The notes under the pieces were generated by a model. That model saw nothing but the letters and a program-made list of their open reading frames with translations, did not search any database and was not told the DNA's origin. A stretch of 64,000 bases of DNA from Candidatus Omnitrophota bacterium (lineage in GTDB: Bacteria > Omnitrophota > Gorgyraeia > 2-02-FULL-51-18). The translations under genes and the position numbers were made by a program. Each line of letters opens with the position of its first letter. Within the stretch, counting starts at the first letter, position 1. This document shows, piece by piece, positions 22,408-31,946 of the stretch. Where the stretch lies: positions 17,432 to 81,431 of the forward strand of contig JACPWF010000024.1 in the NCBI GenBank assembly GCA_016197155.1. The letters are read 5' to 3'.

Positions 22408-24855
22408 ATGAAGCCAAGGCGTCTCGTAGTGATCGGAAACGGCATGGCAGGCATGGCCTGCCTGGATGAGATTCTAAAAAGAAAGCCGAATTTTGAGATC
22501 ACGGTTTTCAGCGAGGAACCTTATTTCAACTACAATCGCATTTTATTGTCCGCCGTGTTGGCCGGTGAGAAAACGGCCGACGAGATTTACATCAACACCG
22601 AAGAGTGGTACCGCCAGAACCGGATCACGCTCCATTTGGGCGAAAAGGTTGTCGAAGTGGACTCGAAAAACAAAACCATTCTTACGGAGAAAGGCTATTC
22701 CTTCGACTACGACACCCTCCTTTTGGCCACAGGCAGTCATCCCTTTATTCCGCCCATCGAAGGCACGAGCAGAAAAGGCGTTTACGTTTTCAGAAATCTG
22801 AAGGATACGGGCCGTATTTTAGAGCACTGCAAATCCGCTCGAAAAGCGGTCGTGATCGGCGGCGGACTCTTGGGCCTTGAGGCGGCGCGTGGGCTACTCA
22901 ATCGCGGACTCGAGGTGACTGTGGTTCACCTCATGGACCGTTTGATGGATGTTCAACTCGACGCCGTTGGCGGACAATTCTTGAGACGGGAGATCGAGAA
23001 ACTTGGCATCGAGGTCCTGCTCAATAAGAATACCGAAAAACTCACGGGCGGCGAAAGTGTCGAGGGGGTGCTTTTTAAAGACGGCTCAATGATTCCCGCG
23101 GACATGGTCGTGATGGCCTGCGGGATACGGCCGAATGTCGAACTGGCCAGGCAAGCGGGTCTGAAAGTGAATCGCGGGATTGTCGTCAATGACAGGATGG
23201 GGACAAGCGATCCGAGTATCTTTGCGGTGGGCGAATGCGTGGAACATCGCGAGAAGGTTTACGGTCTTGTGGCGCCGCTCTATGACCAGGGAAAAATTTT
23301 AGCGGCCACGATGACCGGCGAAAGAGGGCCGGTTTATGAGGGATCGACATTGGCAACCAAGCTCAAAGTGATGGGCATAGAGCTTTTTTCGGCCGGTGAT
23401 TTCAAGGGGGATGAACCCGACAAAGAAGTGGTCGCCTACCAGGACCATGCGTTTGGCGTCTATAAGAAGATTGTGGTTCATCAAGAGCGCGTGGTAGGCG
23501 CGATCTTGATAGGGGACGCTTCGGACGCCAACCGTTTTCTCGAAATGATGCGAAAAAAAGAACCCGTCGGAGATAAACGGCATCATTTGCTTTTTGATGC
23601 GCCACTTGCATCGCCCGGTTCAACGACCGACGTCATGTCCCGTCCCGACGGAGACACGATTTGTGGCTGTATCGGCGTGACCAAAGGCCAGATCGTCACC
23701 GCGATCCGCGAAAACAATCTCAAGACCGTTTCGGCGGTAAAAGCTTGCACGAAAGCTTCCTCGGGATGCGGCACTTGCGCGGGACTTGTGCAGGAAATGG
23801 TAAAGGCCGTGGCCGGCTCAACATTCGAAGAAGAAAAAAAAGAAGTTTTGTGCGCGTGCGTGCCTTTTCCGAAAGAACAACTGCGGACGATGATTAAAAC
23901 TCAAAATCTTAAGTCCGTGCAGGATGTTCTCGATATCTATGGCAACGGCATGGGGTGCTACTTTTGTAAACCGGCCTTGAGCTTCATCGTGGACGAGGTG
24001 CATCTGGGTGAACATAAAGAAGACCGCTCGGCGCGATTTATCAACGACCGCGTCCATGCCAATATTCAAAAAGACGGGACGTTTTCCGTCGTGCCCAGGA
24101 TGCGCGGGGGCGTGACGAATCCCAAAGAGCTTCGTAAAATTGCGGATGTCGCGGAAAAGTACAAAGTGCCGATGGTAAAGGTTACCGGAAGCCAGCGCCT
24201 CGATCTTTTGGGGGTAAAGAAAGAAGACTTGCCGAAAATATGGGCGGAGCTTGGAATGACGTCCGGTTATGCTTACGCAAAAGCGGTGCGAATGGTGAAG
24301 TCCTGCGTCGGAACCGATTTTTGCCGTTATGGCACGCAGAATTCCATTGCGACGGGAATTAAATTAGAAGAATTGCTCGAAGGGCTTTACACCCCGGCAA
24401 AAGTCAAAATGGGCGTCGTGGGCTGTCCGCGCAATTGCGCCGAGGCGACCGTCAAAGATATCGGGCTTGTCGGCATCGAAGGCGGCTGGCAGGTGGTGAT
24501 CGGCGGCGCCGCGGGGAAGAGTGTGCGTGCGGCGGATATTCTTTGCACGGTGAAAACGACCGAGGAAGCGCTGGAAGCGGCTTTGCTTTTTTTCCAATAT
24601 TACCGGGAGAACGGAGAGTATCTGGAGCGCACTTATGATTTCGTGCCGAGAGTCGGTCTCGAAAAAATCCGCCGCGAGACGGTGCTGGCTTCCGAAGAAA
24701 AGAAAACAGCGCTTTTGGGTCATCTGGAGAAAGCGAAAGCAAAAGCGGTGAATCCGTGGGCGGTGGAATCGGAGAAACCGGCGCATCCTTATCAATTTCA
24801 GGATTTTGTTTTGCCGAAAGACACACAAGCGCTTGTGTTTCAAGAGAGCCTGTGA
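22408..24855 (+). CDS. nirB: assimilatory nitrite reductase [NAD(P)H] large subunit
   Basis: 815 aa. FAD/NAD Rossmann folds (RLVVIGNGMAG, KAVVIGGGLLGLE), BFD-like 2Fe-2S, sirohaem/4Fe-4S nitrite-sulfite reductase domain. Confidence 0.9.
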   Translation: MKPRRLVVIGNGMAGMACLDEILKRKPNFEITVFSEEPYFNYNRILLSAVLAGEKTADEIYINTEEWYRQNRITLHLGEKVVEVDSKNKTILTEKGYSFDYDTLLLATGSHPFIPPIEGTSRKGVYVFRNLKDTGRILEHCKSARKAVVIGGGLLGLEAARGLLNRGLEVTVVHLMDRLMDVQLDAVGGQFLRREIEKLGIEVLLNKNTEKLTGGESVEGVLFKDGSMIPADMVVMACGIRPNVELARQAGLKVNRGIVVNDRMGTSDPSIFAVGECVEHREKVYGLVAPLYDQGKILAATMTGERGPVYEGSTLATKLKVMGIELFSAGDFKGDEPDKEVVAYQDHAFGVYKKIVVHQERVVGAILIGDASDANRFLEMMRKKEPVGDKRHHLLFDAPLASPGSTTDVMSRPDGDTICGCIGVTKGQIVTAIRENNLKTVSAVKACTKASSGCGTCAGLVQEMVKAVAGSTFEEEKKEVLCACVPFPKEQLRTMIKTQNLKSVQDVLDIYGNGMGCYFCKPALSFIVDEVHLGEHKEDRSARFINDRVHANIQKDGTFSVVPRMRGGVTNPKELRKIADVAEKYKVPMVKVTGSQRLDLLGVKKEDLPKIWAELGMTSGYAYAKAVRMVKSCVGTDFCRYGTQNSIATGIKLEELLEGLYTPAKVKMGVVGCPRNCAEATVKDIGLVGIEGGWQVVIGGAAGKSVRAADILCTVKTTEEALEAALLFFQYYRENGEYLERTYDFVPRVGLEKIRRETVLASEEKKTALLGHLEKAKAKAVNPWAVESEKPAHPYQFQDFVLPKDTQALVFQESL

Positions 24856-25175
24856 TGACCGTCCAGTGGTTTCCGGTCGCGGAGCTCGGCGCCATCCCGA
24901 AAAATGAGGGCCGGAAAGTTTCGTTTGGCGAAATAGAAATTGCCTTGTTCAATTTGGGCGAGGAATACCGCGCTGTGGATAACCGCTGTCCACACAAGCA
25001 GGGACCATTGGCGGATGGGATCGTGTCGGGAAAGTCGGTTTTTTGCCCGTTACACAGTTTGAATGTCAGCCTGGAGAATGGCTGCGCGATTCGCGGCGCG
25101 GGATGCGTGAAGGTTTATCCGGCGAAAGTAATGGGCGCGAGGGTTTGCGTTGCTTTTTATGAAGGGAAACAATGA
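24855..25175 (+). CDS. nirD: nitrite reductase small subunit (Rieske-like)
   Basis: Conserved part starts MTVQWFPVAELGAIPKNEGRKV. CPHKQGPL...CPLH Rieske motif. ATG overlaps the nirB stop. Confidence 0.85.
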   Translation: MTVQWFPVAELGAIPKNEGRKVSFGEIEIALFNLGEEYRAVDNRCPHKQGPLADGIVSGKSVFCPLHSLNVSLENGCAIRGAGCVKVYPAKVMGARVCVAFYEGKQ

Positions 25176-25525
25176 AAGAGATCGTGGCGATTATTCGTCC
25201 TCAAAGGGATCGGGCGACAAAAGAAGAGCTTGTGAAAATCGGTTGTTTGACTTGCACGACGTTTCGTGTTTACGGGCGAGGCAAACAGCGGGGGCTCACG
25301 TATAAGTCGGCTTTGGGAAACGGCTCAGCGCCGGTCGGCATGAAGTACCTGCCGAAGAAAATGGTTTACCTCATGGTGAATGACCAGCAAGTGAAACCGA
25401 TTGTTCAGGCGATTTTACGCGCCAATCAAACCAGTCAATACGGGGACGGAAAGATCTTCGTGACCGATTCGAAGGAAGTGGTGAGAATCCGTACGGGAGA
25501 AAGAGGAGAGGTGGCGATTCGATGA
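25172..25525 (+). CDS. PII (GlnB/NifI-like) nitrogen regulatory protein
   Basis: 117 aa. MKEIVAIIRPQRDRATKEEL...GDGKIFVTDSKEVVRIRTGE. Confidence 0.8.
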   Translation: MKEIVAIIRPQRDRATKEELVKIGCLTCTTFRVYGRGKQRGLTYKSALGNGSAPVGMKYLPKKMVYLMVNDQQVKPIVQAILRANQTSQYGDGKIFVTDSKEVVRIRTGERGEVAIR

Positions 25526-25839
25526 AGATGATCAAGGCCGTGATACGGCCCGAAAGAGAATCAGAGGTTCTGAGCGGACTTGAGAAAGAAGGGTTTTATT
25601 CGCTCACAAAGTGGGACGTCTTGGGACGTGGTCGTCAAAAAGGTGTCCAGGTCGGCAAGACGACCTACGATGAACTGGCAAAACTATTGCTCATGGTCGT
25701 CGTAGAAGACGTTGACTTAAAAAGAGCCATTGAAACGATCGAGACTCATGCGCGAACCGGTAATTTCGGAGACGGAAAGATTTTTGTTTCAGACGTGAAA
25801 GAGGCGTACACCATCCGCACCGGCAAAAGCCGGTTGTGA
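25522..25839 (+). CDS. PII (GlnB/NifI-like) nitrogen regulatory protein, second paralog
   Basis: 105 aa. MKMIKAVIRPERESEVLSGLEKEGF...GDGKIFVSDVKEAYTIRTGK. Confidence 0.8.
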   Translation: MKMIKAVIRPERESEVLSGLEKEGFYSLTKWDVLGRGRQKGVQVGKTTYDELAKLLLMVVVEDVDLKRAIETIETHARTGNFGDGKIFVSDVKEAYTIRTGKSRL

Positions 25840-25868
25840 TTTTACATTCATAAGAAAGGAATTTACGA

Positions 25869-27104
25869 ATGAGGATCAAGGATTTCGTAAAAAGCGGCCA
25901 TCCCCCCACGCTTTTTTCAGCTTTTTTGTATTTTGACATCAGTTTTATGGTTTGGGTACTGATCGGCGTCCTGGGAGTTTACATCGCCAAGGATTTTGGC
26001 TTGAGCGCGACGCAAAAAGGTTTCATGGCGGCAATCCCGCTTCTGGGCGGGGCGCTCGTGCGTATTCCCCTGGGCCTTCTCGTCGATCACATCGGACCCA
26101 AAAAAACAGGGATGATCGCTCAAGCCGCCGTGATCCTGCCGCTTTTGGGAATTTGGCTTTTTTCGCCGGCGCTTGACGCCGTGCTCGCATTCGGTCTTCT
26201 TTTGGGGATCGCCGGAGGAAGCTTCGCCGTGGCACTGCCTCTGGCGAGCCGTTGGTACCCGCCGAAACACCAAGGCATGGCGCTCGGAATCGCTGGAGCG
26301 GGGAATAGCGGCACGGTTTTGGCGAGTCTTTTTGCGCCGCGTTTGGCTGAAGTCTTTGGCTGGAGAAACGTCTTTGGCCTTGCGCTTCTTCCGGTCGCGG
26401 CCGCCTTTGTCATTTATTTGGTCCTGGCCAAGGAAAGTCCGCAGCAGCCTCAGCCGAAAAGGCTCGGAGAGTATCTCTCCGTTTTTAAAGAAACCGATAC
26501 GTTCTGGTTCTGCTTTTTTTACAGCATCACTTTCGGCGGCTTCGTCGGCTTGGCCAGTTTCCTGGGAATTTTCTTTCACGATCAATACGGACTGACCAAA
26601 ATAAATGCCGGCTATCTGACGGCATGTTGCGTTGCGGCCGGGAGTTTTGTCCGGCCCGTCGGCGGGTATCTCGCCGATCGCTTTGGCGGCATCCGGATGC
26701 TTTCGGTTCTGTTTGGTTTGATTGCGTTCTTCATGATGGGAGTGGGTTCTTTGCCGACGGTTTTGACGGCAACCGTTCTTATGTTTTGCGGCATGGCGTG
26801 CTTGGGCATGGGCAATGGCGCGGTATTTCAGCTTGTGCCTTTACGATTTCAAAAGGAGATCGGGGTCATGACGGGCATCGTGGGCGCGGCGGGCGGCTTG
26901 GGCGGTTTTTTCTTCCCCACGCTTTTAGGTTATTTCAAGGATAGGGCCGGATCTTATGGCGTGGGCTTTAGGGTGTTTGCGGTGGCAAGCTTTGCGGCGC
27001 TTGTGATTTTAAGGGTTGTCCAACGCGGGTGGACTTTTTCACGGATCGTGAAAGAGATTCCGGTACTTGAGGCACACATGGTGGTTCAGTCTATCGAAGA
27101 TTAG
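25869..27104 (+). CDS. narK: MFS nitrate/nitrite transporter (NarK/NasA family)
   Basis: 411 aa, 12 TM. Nitrate-transporter signature GGALVRIPLGLLVDHIGPKK and GMACLGMGNGAVFQLVP. Confidence 0.85.
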   Translation: MRIKDFVKSGHPPTLFSAFLYFDISFMVWVLIGVLGVYIAKDFGLSATQKGFMAAIPLLGGALVRIPLGLLVDHIGPKKTGMIAQAAVILPLLGIWLFSPALDAVLAFGLLLGIAGGSFAVALPLASRWYPPKHQGMALGIAGAGNSGTVLASLFAPRLAEVFGWRNVFGLALLPVAAAFVIYLVLAKESPQQPQPKRLGEYLSVFKETDTFWFCFFYSITFGGFVGLASFLGIFFHDQYGLTKINAGYLTACCVAAGSFVRPVGGYLADRFGGIRMLSVLFGLIAFFMMGVGSLPTVLTATVLMFCGMACLGMGNGAVFQLVPLRFQKEIGVMTGIVGAAGGLGGFFFPTLLGYFKDRAGSYGVGFRVFAVASFAALVILRVVQRGWTFSRIVKEIPVLEAHMVVQSIED

Positions 27105-27108
27105 AATG

Positions 27109-29310
27109 AACTGGAAAAATTTTGTCGAGATGATGGTCGTTTACGAAGAGGGCGAAGAAACCCTCTGGGAAACGAGCTCTATTCCGGATAAGGAACTTCG
27201 CTGGGGAAAATCCGTGTGCCCTTATTGCGGCGTAGGCTGCGGGGTTCTGGTGGGGGAGAAGGAAGGCAAGATCCATAAAGTTCGCGGGAATCCGGAACAC
27301 CCCGCCAATCGGGGCCTTCTTTGCGCGAAAGGAGGCACGCTTCCCCTCATGCTGGATACGCCCGACCGTCTCAGTTTCCCCTCCCTTCGTGAAAAGGCTT
27401 CTTCGGAATTTGAGCGTGCCAACTGGGAAAAAACGCTGGGATTCATCGCCGAGAAGACCAAGGCCGTATTGAAAAACGACGGGCCCGAGGCATTTGCTTT
27501 TTATATTTCGGGCCAGCTTCTCACCGAAGATTATTACGTCGTGAATAAACTCGCGAAGGGCTTCCTTGGCACGAACAACGTGGATTCAAACTCCCGCCTT
27601 TGCATGGCCAGCGCCGTCGCCGGTTATATGACCTCACTCGGCGCGGATGGTCCGCCGACCTGTTATGACGATATTGAAGAGTCGAATTGTTTTTTCCTGA
27701 TCGGCACCAACACCGCGGCCTGCCATCCCGTCACCTTTCAGCGCATTAAAAACAGAAAGGCTTCGAACCCGAAAGAGATAAAGGTGATCGTCGCAGATCC
27801 CAGAAGAACTCGCACGGCGGAAATGGCCGATCTTCATCTTCCCTTAAAACCGGGCACGGACGTGGCGCTTTTGAACGCGATGCTTCACGTGATTGAAAAA
27901 GAAGGCTACCTGGATCAGGCATTTATCCGGAATCATACAGCGGACTGGGAAAAGTTGAAAAATATTCTTCCGCTTTATTCTCCGGAAAAAGCCGCTGAAA
28001 TTTGTGGCATCGAAGCCTCACTCATCCGGGAAGCGGCGCTTCTTTTTGCGAAGGCCTCTTCGGCCCTGAGTTTTTGGAGCATGGGCCTGAATCAAAGTTC
28101 CAGCGGCGTTGCCAAGAATAACGCGGTGATCAACCTGCATCTGGCCACGGGAAAAATAGGAAAGCCGGGGTCAGGCCCTTTTTCGCTCACCGGTCAGCCG
28201 AACGCGATGGGTGGAAGAGAAACCGGCGGCCTGGCGCATCTTTTGCCGGGGCATCGTCTCATCGGGAACGAACGACACCGCGCCGAGATGGAGCAGTTTT
28301 GGAATGTGGCTGAAGGTCGGATTTCACCCACGCCCGGCCTCACTGCGATCGAGCTCTTCCGCGCGGTCGAGGCGGGAAAAGTGAAAATCATTTGGATTGT
28401 CGCGACCAATCCCCTCGCTTCGATTCCGAATCTCAATTTTGTGAAGGCGGCCCTGGCCAAAGCGGAGCTTGTCATCTGCCAAGACGTCTATCATCCCACC
28501 GAGACAACGCACATGGCGCATGTGCTTCTCCCGGCCGCGCAATGGTCGGAGCGGGACGGCACGGTGACCAACTCCGAGCGGCGGGTCTCTTATTTGGAAA
28601 AAATCAGAGAACCGCCCGGGGAAGCAAAGCCCGACTGGCAGATTTTCTGCGAATTTGCGCGCCGAATGGGTTTCGAAAAAGAATTTTCATTTGAAAGCGC
28701 CGAAGACATCTACGAGGAATACAAAAAAACCACGCGGGGAACCGGCGTCGATATCGGCGGCGTATCGTACGCGCGGCTCAAAAAGGAATTCATTCAATGG
28801 CCTTGTCCGGATGAACATGCGGGATCCACCCCTCGGCTTTACACGGATTTTCGTTTTCCGACTTCGGATGGAAGAGCAAGGTTTCAGGCGCGCGAGTACG
28901 CGCCGCCTGCGGAGCCGACGGATGAGGCCTATCCTTTCATTCTCACCACCGGCCGCGTTCGTGACCAGTGGCACACAATGACACGCACGGGAAAAATCGA
29001 CTCGCTTCTCAAAGCCGAACCTTATGCCTTCCTCGAGCTTCATCGGGACGATGCCGAAAAGCTTGGAATTGGAGAAAACGAGATGGTGGAGGTGCACACG
29101 CGTCGCGGCTTTGCCAAGGCGCCGGCCCATCTTTCGGAAAACATTCGGCCCGGCACGTGCTTCATGCCTTTTCACTGGGGGTCGTTGTGGGGCGAGGCGG
29201 ATATAAACGCGGCGACGGTGGATGCGTTTGATCCCATTTCGAAACAGCCGGAGCTCAAATTTTGTGCGGCACGATTAACGAGGCTCGAACCGGTGAAAGC
29301 GGAAACGTAA
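27109..29310 (+). CDS. nasA: assimilatory nitrate reductase catalytic subunit (molybdopterin oxidoreductase)
   Basis: N-terminal 4Fe-4S motif CPYCGVGCG, MGD-binding domains. The ORF frame opens at 27067, but ATG 27109 follows the narK stop. Confidence 0.85.
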   Translation, partial: NWKNFVEMMVVYEEGEETLWETSSIPDKELRWGKSVCPYCGVGCGVLVGEKEGKIHKVRGNPEHPANRGLLCAKGGTLPLMLDTPDRLSFPSLREKASSEFERANWEKTLGFIAEKTKAVLKNDGPEAFAFYISGQLLTEDYYVVNKLAKGFLGTNNVDSNSRLCMASAVAGYMTSLGADGPPTCYDDIEESNCFFLIGTNTAACHPVTFQRIKNRKASNPKEIKVIVADPRRTRTAEMADLHLPLKPGTDVALLNAMLHVIEKEGYLDQAFIRNHTADWEKLKNILPLYSPEKAAEICGIEASLIREAALLFAKASSALSFWSMGLNQSSSGVAKNNAVINLHLATGKIGKPGSGPFSLTGQPNAMGGRETGGLAHLLPGHRLIGNERHRAEMEQFWNVAEGRISPTPGLTAIELFRAVEAGKVKIIWIVATNPLASIPNLNFVKAALAKAELVICQDVYHPTETTHMAHVLLPAAQWSERDGTVTNSERRVSYLEKIREPPGEAKPDWQIFCEFARRMGFEKEFSFESAEDIYEEYKKTTRGTGVDIGGVSYARLKKEFIQWPCPDEHAGSTPRLYTDFRFPTSDGRARFQAREYAPPAEPTDEAYPFILTTGRVRDQWHTMTRTGKIDSLLKAEPYAFLELHRDDAEKLGIGENEMVEVHTRRGFAKAPAHLSENIRPGTCFMPFHWGSLWGEADINAATVDAFDPISKQPELKFCAARLTRLEPVKAET

Positions 29311-30291
29311 ATGAAAGATAAATACGGGCGTGAACTGACCTATTTGCGGGTGTCGCTGATCGACCGTTGCAATCTCCGCTGTTTTTACTGCATGCCTCAT
29401 GGCCTCCTCAGTCCTTTTCGTGAGGACGAATTATTGACTAGGGATGAAACAGCCGAAATTATTTCCATTTTCGCGGAATTGGGAATATCCAAAGTGCGTC
29501 TGACGGGCGGCGAGCCGCTTTTGAAAAAAGGCGTTCCGGAGCTTATTCGCCGGATCAAAAAATTCTCCGGCATCCGCGAAGTCGTGATGACGACCAATGG
29601 CGTGCTCTTAAAGCCGTTTGCGGAAGATCTGAAAGCGGCGGGGCTGGATCGCATCAACGTGAGCCTGGACACGTTGAACAGGGAAAATTTTAAGCGCATC
29701 ACCGGCATGGATAAGTTGGAGGATGTCTTGGGCGGCATGGAAGCCGCGGCGCGGGCCGGAATCGGACCCATCAAAATCAATGCGGTTTTGATGAAAGGGT
29801 ATAACGACGAGGAAGTCATGGATCTTGTCCGATTCGCCATTGCGGGGTCTTTTCAAATTCGTTTCATCGAATGGATGCCGACGGCCGGCGCGATCCATTC
29901 GGTGAGAGAAAACCGTTTCCTGAGCTCGGAGTTCGCAAAAAAAATTGTCGAAGAAAAATACACTTTAATTCCGGATGATTCCAATCCTCATGCGCCGGCG
30001 AGAAGTTTTTATATCGAAGGCACAAAGTCAAGCGTGGGGTTCATCAGCCCGCTCTCCAACGCTTTTTGCGCGATGTGCAACCGTCTGCGCCTGAAAGCCA
30101 ACGGCATGATGAAAACCTGTTTGCACGGCAAGGAGGATCTGGACATCCAATCGCTTTTGCGAAAAGGCTGTTCGCGGGAGGAAATCAAAGAAAAGATCGT
30201 GTCGGCGGTATGGGATCGTCCCGAAGAGCATTTTCTGAATAATCAAGCCGTGCCTCATCGCGATTTTGTGATGACAGCGGTGGGAGGGTAA
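29311..30291 (+). CDS. moaA: GTP 3',8-cyclase MoaA (radical SAM)
   Basis: 326 aa. CNLRCFYCMP radical-SAM cluster motif, C-terminal auxiliary cluster CAMCNRLRL. Confidence 0.9.
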   Translation: MKDKYGRELTYLRVSLIDRCNLRCFYCMPHGLLSPFREDELLTRDETAEIISIFAELGISKVRLTGGEPLLKKGVPELIRRIKKFSGIREVVMTTNGVLLKPFAEDLKAAGLDRINVSLDTLNRENFKRITGMDKLEDVLGGMEAAARAGIGPIKINAVLMKGYNDEEVMDLVRFAIAGSFQIRFIEWMPTAGAIHSVRENRFLSSEFAKKIVEEKYTLIPDDSNPHAPARSFYIEGTKSSVGFISPLSNAFCAMCNRLRLKANGMMKTCLHGKEDLDIQSLLRKGCSREEIKEKIVSAVWDRPEEHFLNNQAVPHRDFVMTAVGG

Positions 30292-31200
30292 ATGAGATCC
30301 ATCACAAGGAAAACCGAAACCTTGCGTCAAGCCACTGCCGAGAGCCGGTTGCGGGCTAAGCCGGAAACGTTAAAGCGGCTCTTGAATAATGACGTGCCCA
30401 AGAAAGACATTTTGGCGATTGCCAGAGCGGCCGGCGTGATGGCCGCGAAAAAGACGCCGGATCTTTTGCCCTATTGCCATCCGATAGCGATTGATGGGGT
30501 GGAGCTTGAGTTTGATGTCCAAGAAACCGGCATTCTTATTCACGCGACCGTCGAGGCCGTCGCCAAAACGGGCGTTGAAATGGAAGCCTTGACCGCGGCC
30601 AGTGTGGCGGCTCTCACGATTTACGACATGCTGAAGCCCATCGACGAATCGATCGAAATCCTGAGCACAAAGCTCCTTAAAAAAACGGGTGGTAAAAGCA
30701 GTTTCAAAGAGAAAATTCCCTTGGGATTTAAGGCTGCCGTCATTGTTACCTCGGACAGCACGTCTAAAGGGATGCGTTCCGATAAATCAGGCAGACTCAT
30801 CGAAGAAAAACTTAGGTTTTTTGGAGTGGATTCAGCGTATGAAGTAATTCCGGACGACAAAGATTTAATTTCCGCCACACTTCAAAAATATTGCGAAAAC
30901 GGAACAAATCTCATCGTGACAACCGGAGGAACGGGTTTGGGACCGCGCGATGTGACCGTCGAGGCCACGGAGAAGGTGATCGATCGCGAGATTCCCGGCG
31001 TCATGGAATCGGCGCGGTGTTACGGCCAGCGGAGAACTCCGTATGCGATGCTTTCGAGGGGGCTTGCGGGGCAGAAAGGAAAAACGCTTATTGTGAATCT
31101 TCCGGGTTCTTCGAAAGGAGCGGAAGAATCACTGGATGCGCTTTTCCCGTCGCTTTTCCACGCGTATAAAATGATGCGAGGTCTCGGACATGATGCTTGA
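30292..31200 (+). CDS. moaC: MoaC-MoaB/MogA fusion (cyclic pyranopterin monophosphate synthase plus molybdopterin adenylyltransferase-like domain)
   Basis: N-terminal MoaC (HATVEAVAKTGVEMEALTAASVAALTIYDM). C-terminal MogA/MoaB (IVTTGGTGLGPRDVT). Confidence 0.85.
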   Translation: MRSITRKTETLRQATAESRLRAKPETLKRLLNNDVPKKDILAIARAAGVMAAKKTPDLLPYCHPIAIDGVELEFDVQETGILIHATVEAVAKTGVEMEALTAASVAALTIYDMLKPIDESIEILSTKLLKKTGGKSSFKEKIPLGFKAAVIVTSDSTSKGMRSDKSGRLIEEKLRFFGVDSAYEVIPDDKDLISATLQKYCENGTNLIVTTGGTGLGPRDVTVEATEKVIDREIPGVMESARCYGQRRTPYAMLSRGLAGQKGKTLIVNLPGSSKGAEESLDALFPSLFHAYKMMRGLGHDA

Positions 31201-31945
31201 TTTGCCGTTTTGGCTACCGCTGGCTTTTTTCTTTGTCGCGATGATTTATTCCATGGTCGGTTTTGCCGGCGGTTCCTCTTACCTGGCCCTTCTCGTTTTG
31301 GCGGGACTTCCTTATAAACAGGTGCCGCCCGTGGCGCTTCTTTGCAACCTCATTGTTTCCGCTTCGGCGTTTTGGCATTTTTATAAAGGCGGACATTTTG
31401 ATTTAAAGAAAGCGCTACCTTTTATTGTGTTTTCGATTCCGCTGGCCTTTTTGGGTGGGAAAATGGCGATAAGCAAGGAACTTTTTCATCTCTTCCTTGG
31501 TTTCTCCCTGTTTGTGGCAGGGGCAAGGATGCTCCTGCCGGATAAAAATTTTATGGAAACGCGCCCTGTTTCCTCAAAGAAAATGTGGCTTGTCGGAATG
31601 CCTCTCGGTGCGGCCCTGGGTTTTCTCTCGGGGCTCGTGGGGATCGGAGGGGGTATTTTTTTAAGTCCTTTCCTACTTTTGATGAGATGGATGGATGCCA
31701 AACAAACGGCCGCGGCCGCGAGTTTTTTTATTTTGGTGAATTCTCTTTCCGGCCTTTTGGGTCAAATGCATAAAGGAGCGGCGGCGCCGGGCGAACCCTT
31801 CCTATTTCTTGGCCTCGCGGTGCTCCTGGGCGGTCAATTCGGCGCGAGGATTGGCGCCTACCGTTTACCCCGTCCGGGGGTGCAAAGAATCACGGGACTT
31901 CTCATTTTGTACGTTTCATTCAGTCTCTTGGGCAAGGTTTTTTAA
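31190..31945 (+). CDS. TauE/SafE family sulfite/anion exporter-like permease
   Basis: 251 aa, ~8 TM. Repeated GxGGG motifs (GFAGGSSYLALLV, GIGGGIFLSPFLLL). Confidence 0.7.
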   Translation: MMLDLPFWLPLAFFFVAMIYSMVGFAGGSSYLALLVLAGLPYKQVPPVALLCNLIVSASAFWHFYKGGHFDLKKALPFIVFSIPLAFLGGKMAISKELFHLFLGFSLFVAGARMLLPDKNFMETRPVSSKKMWLVGMPLGAALGFLSGLVGIGGGIFLSPFLLLMRWMDAKQTAAAASFFILVNSLSGLLGQMHKGAAAPGEPFLFLGLAVLLGGQFGARIGAYRLPRPGVQRITGLLILYVSFSLLGKVF

Positions 31946-31946
31946 A

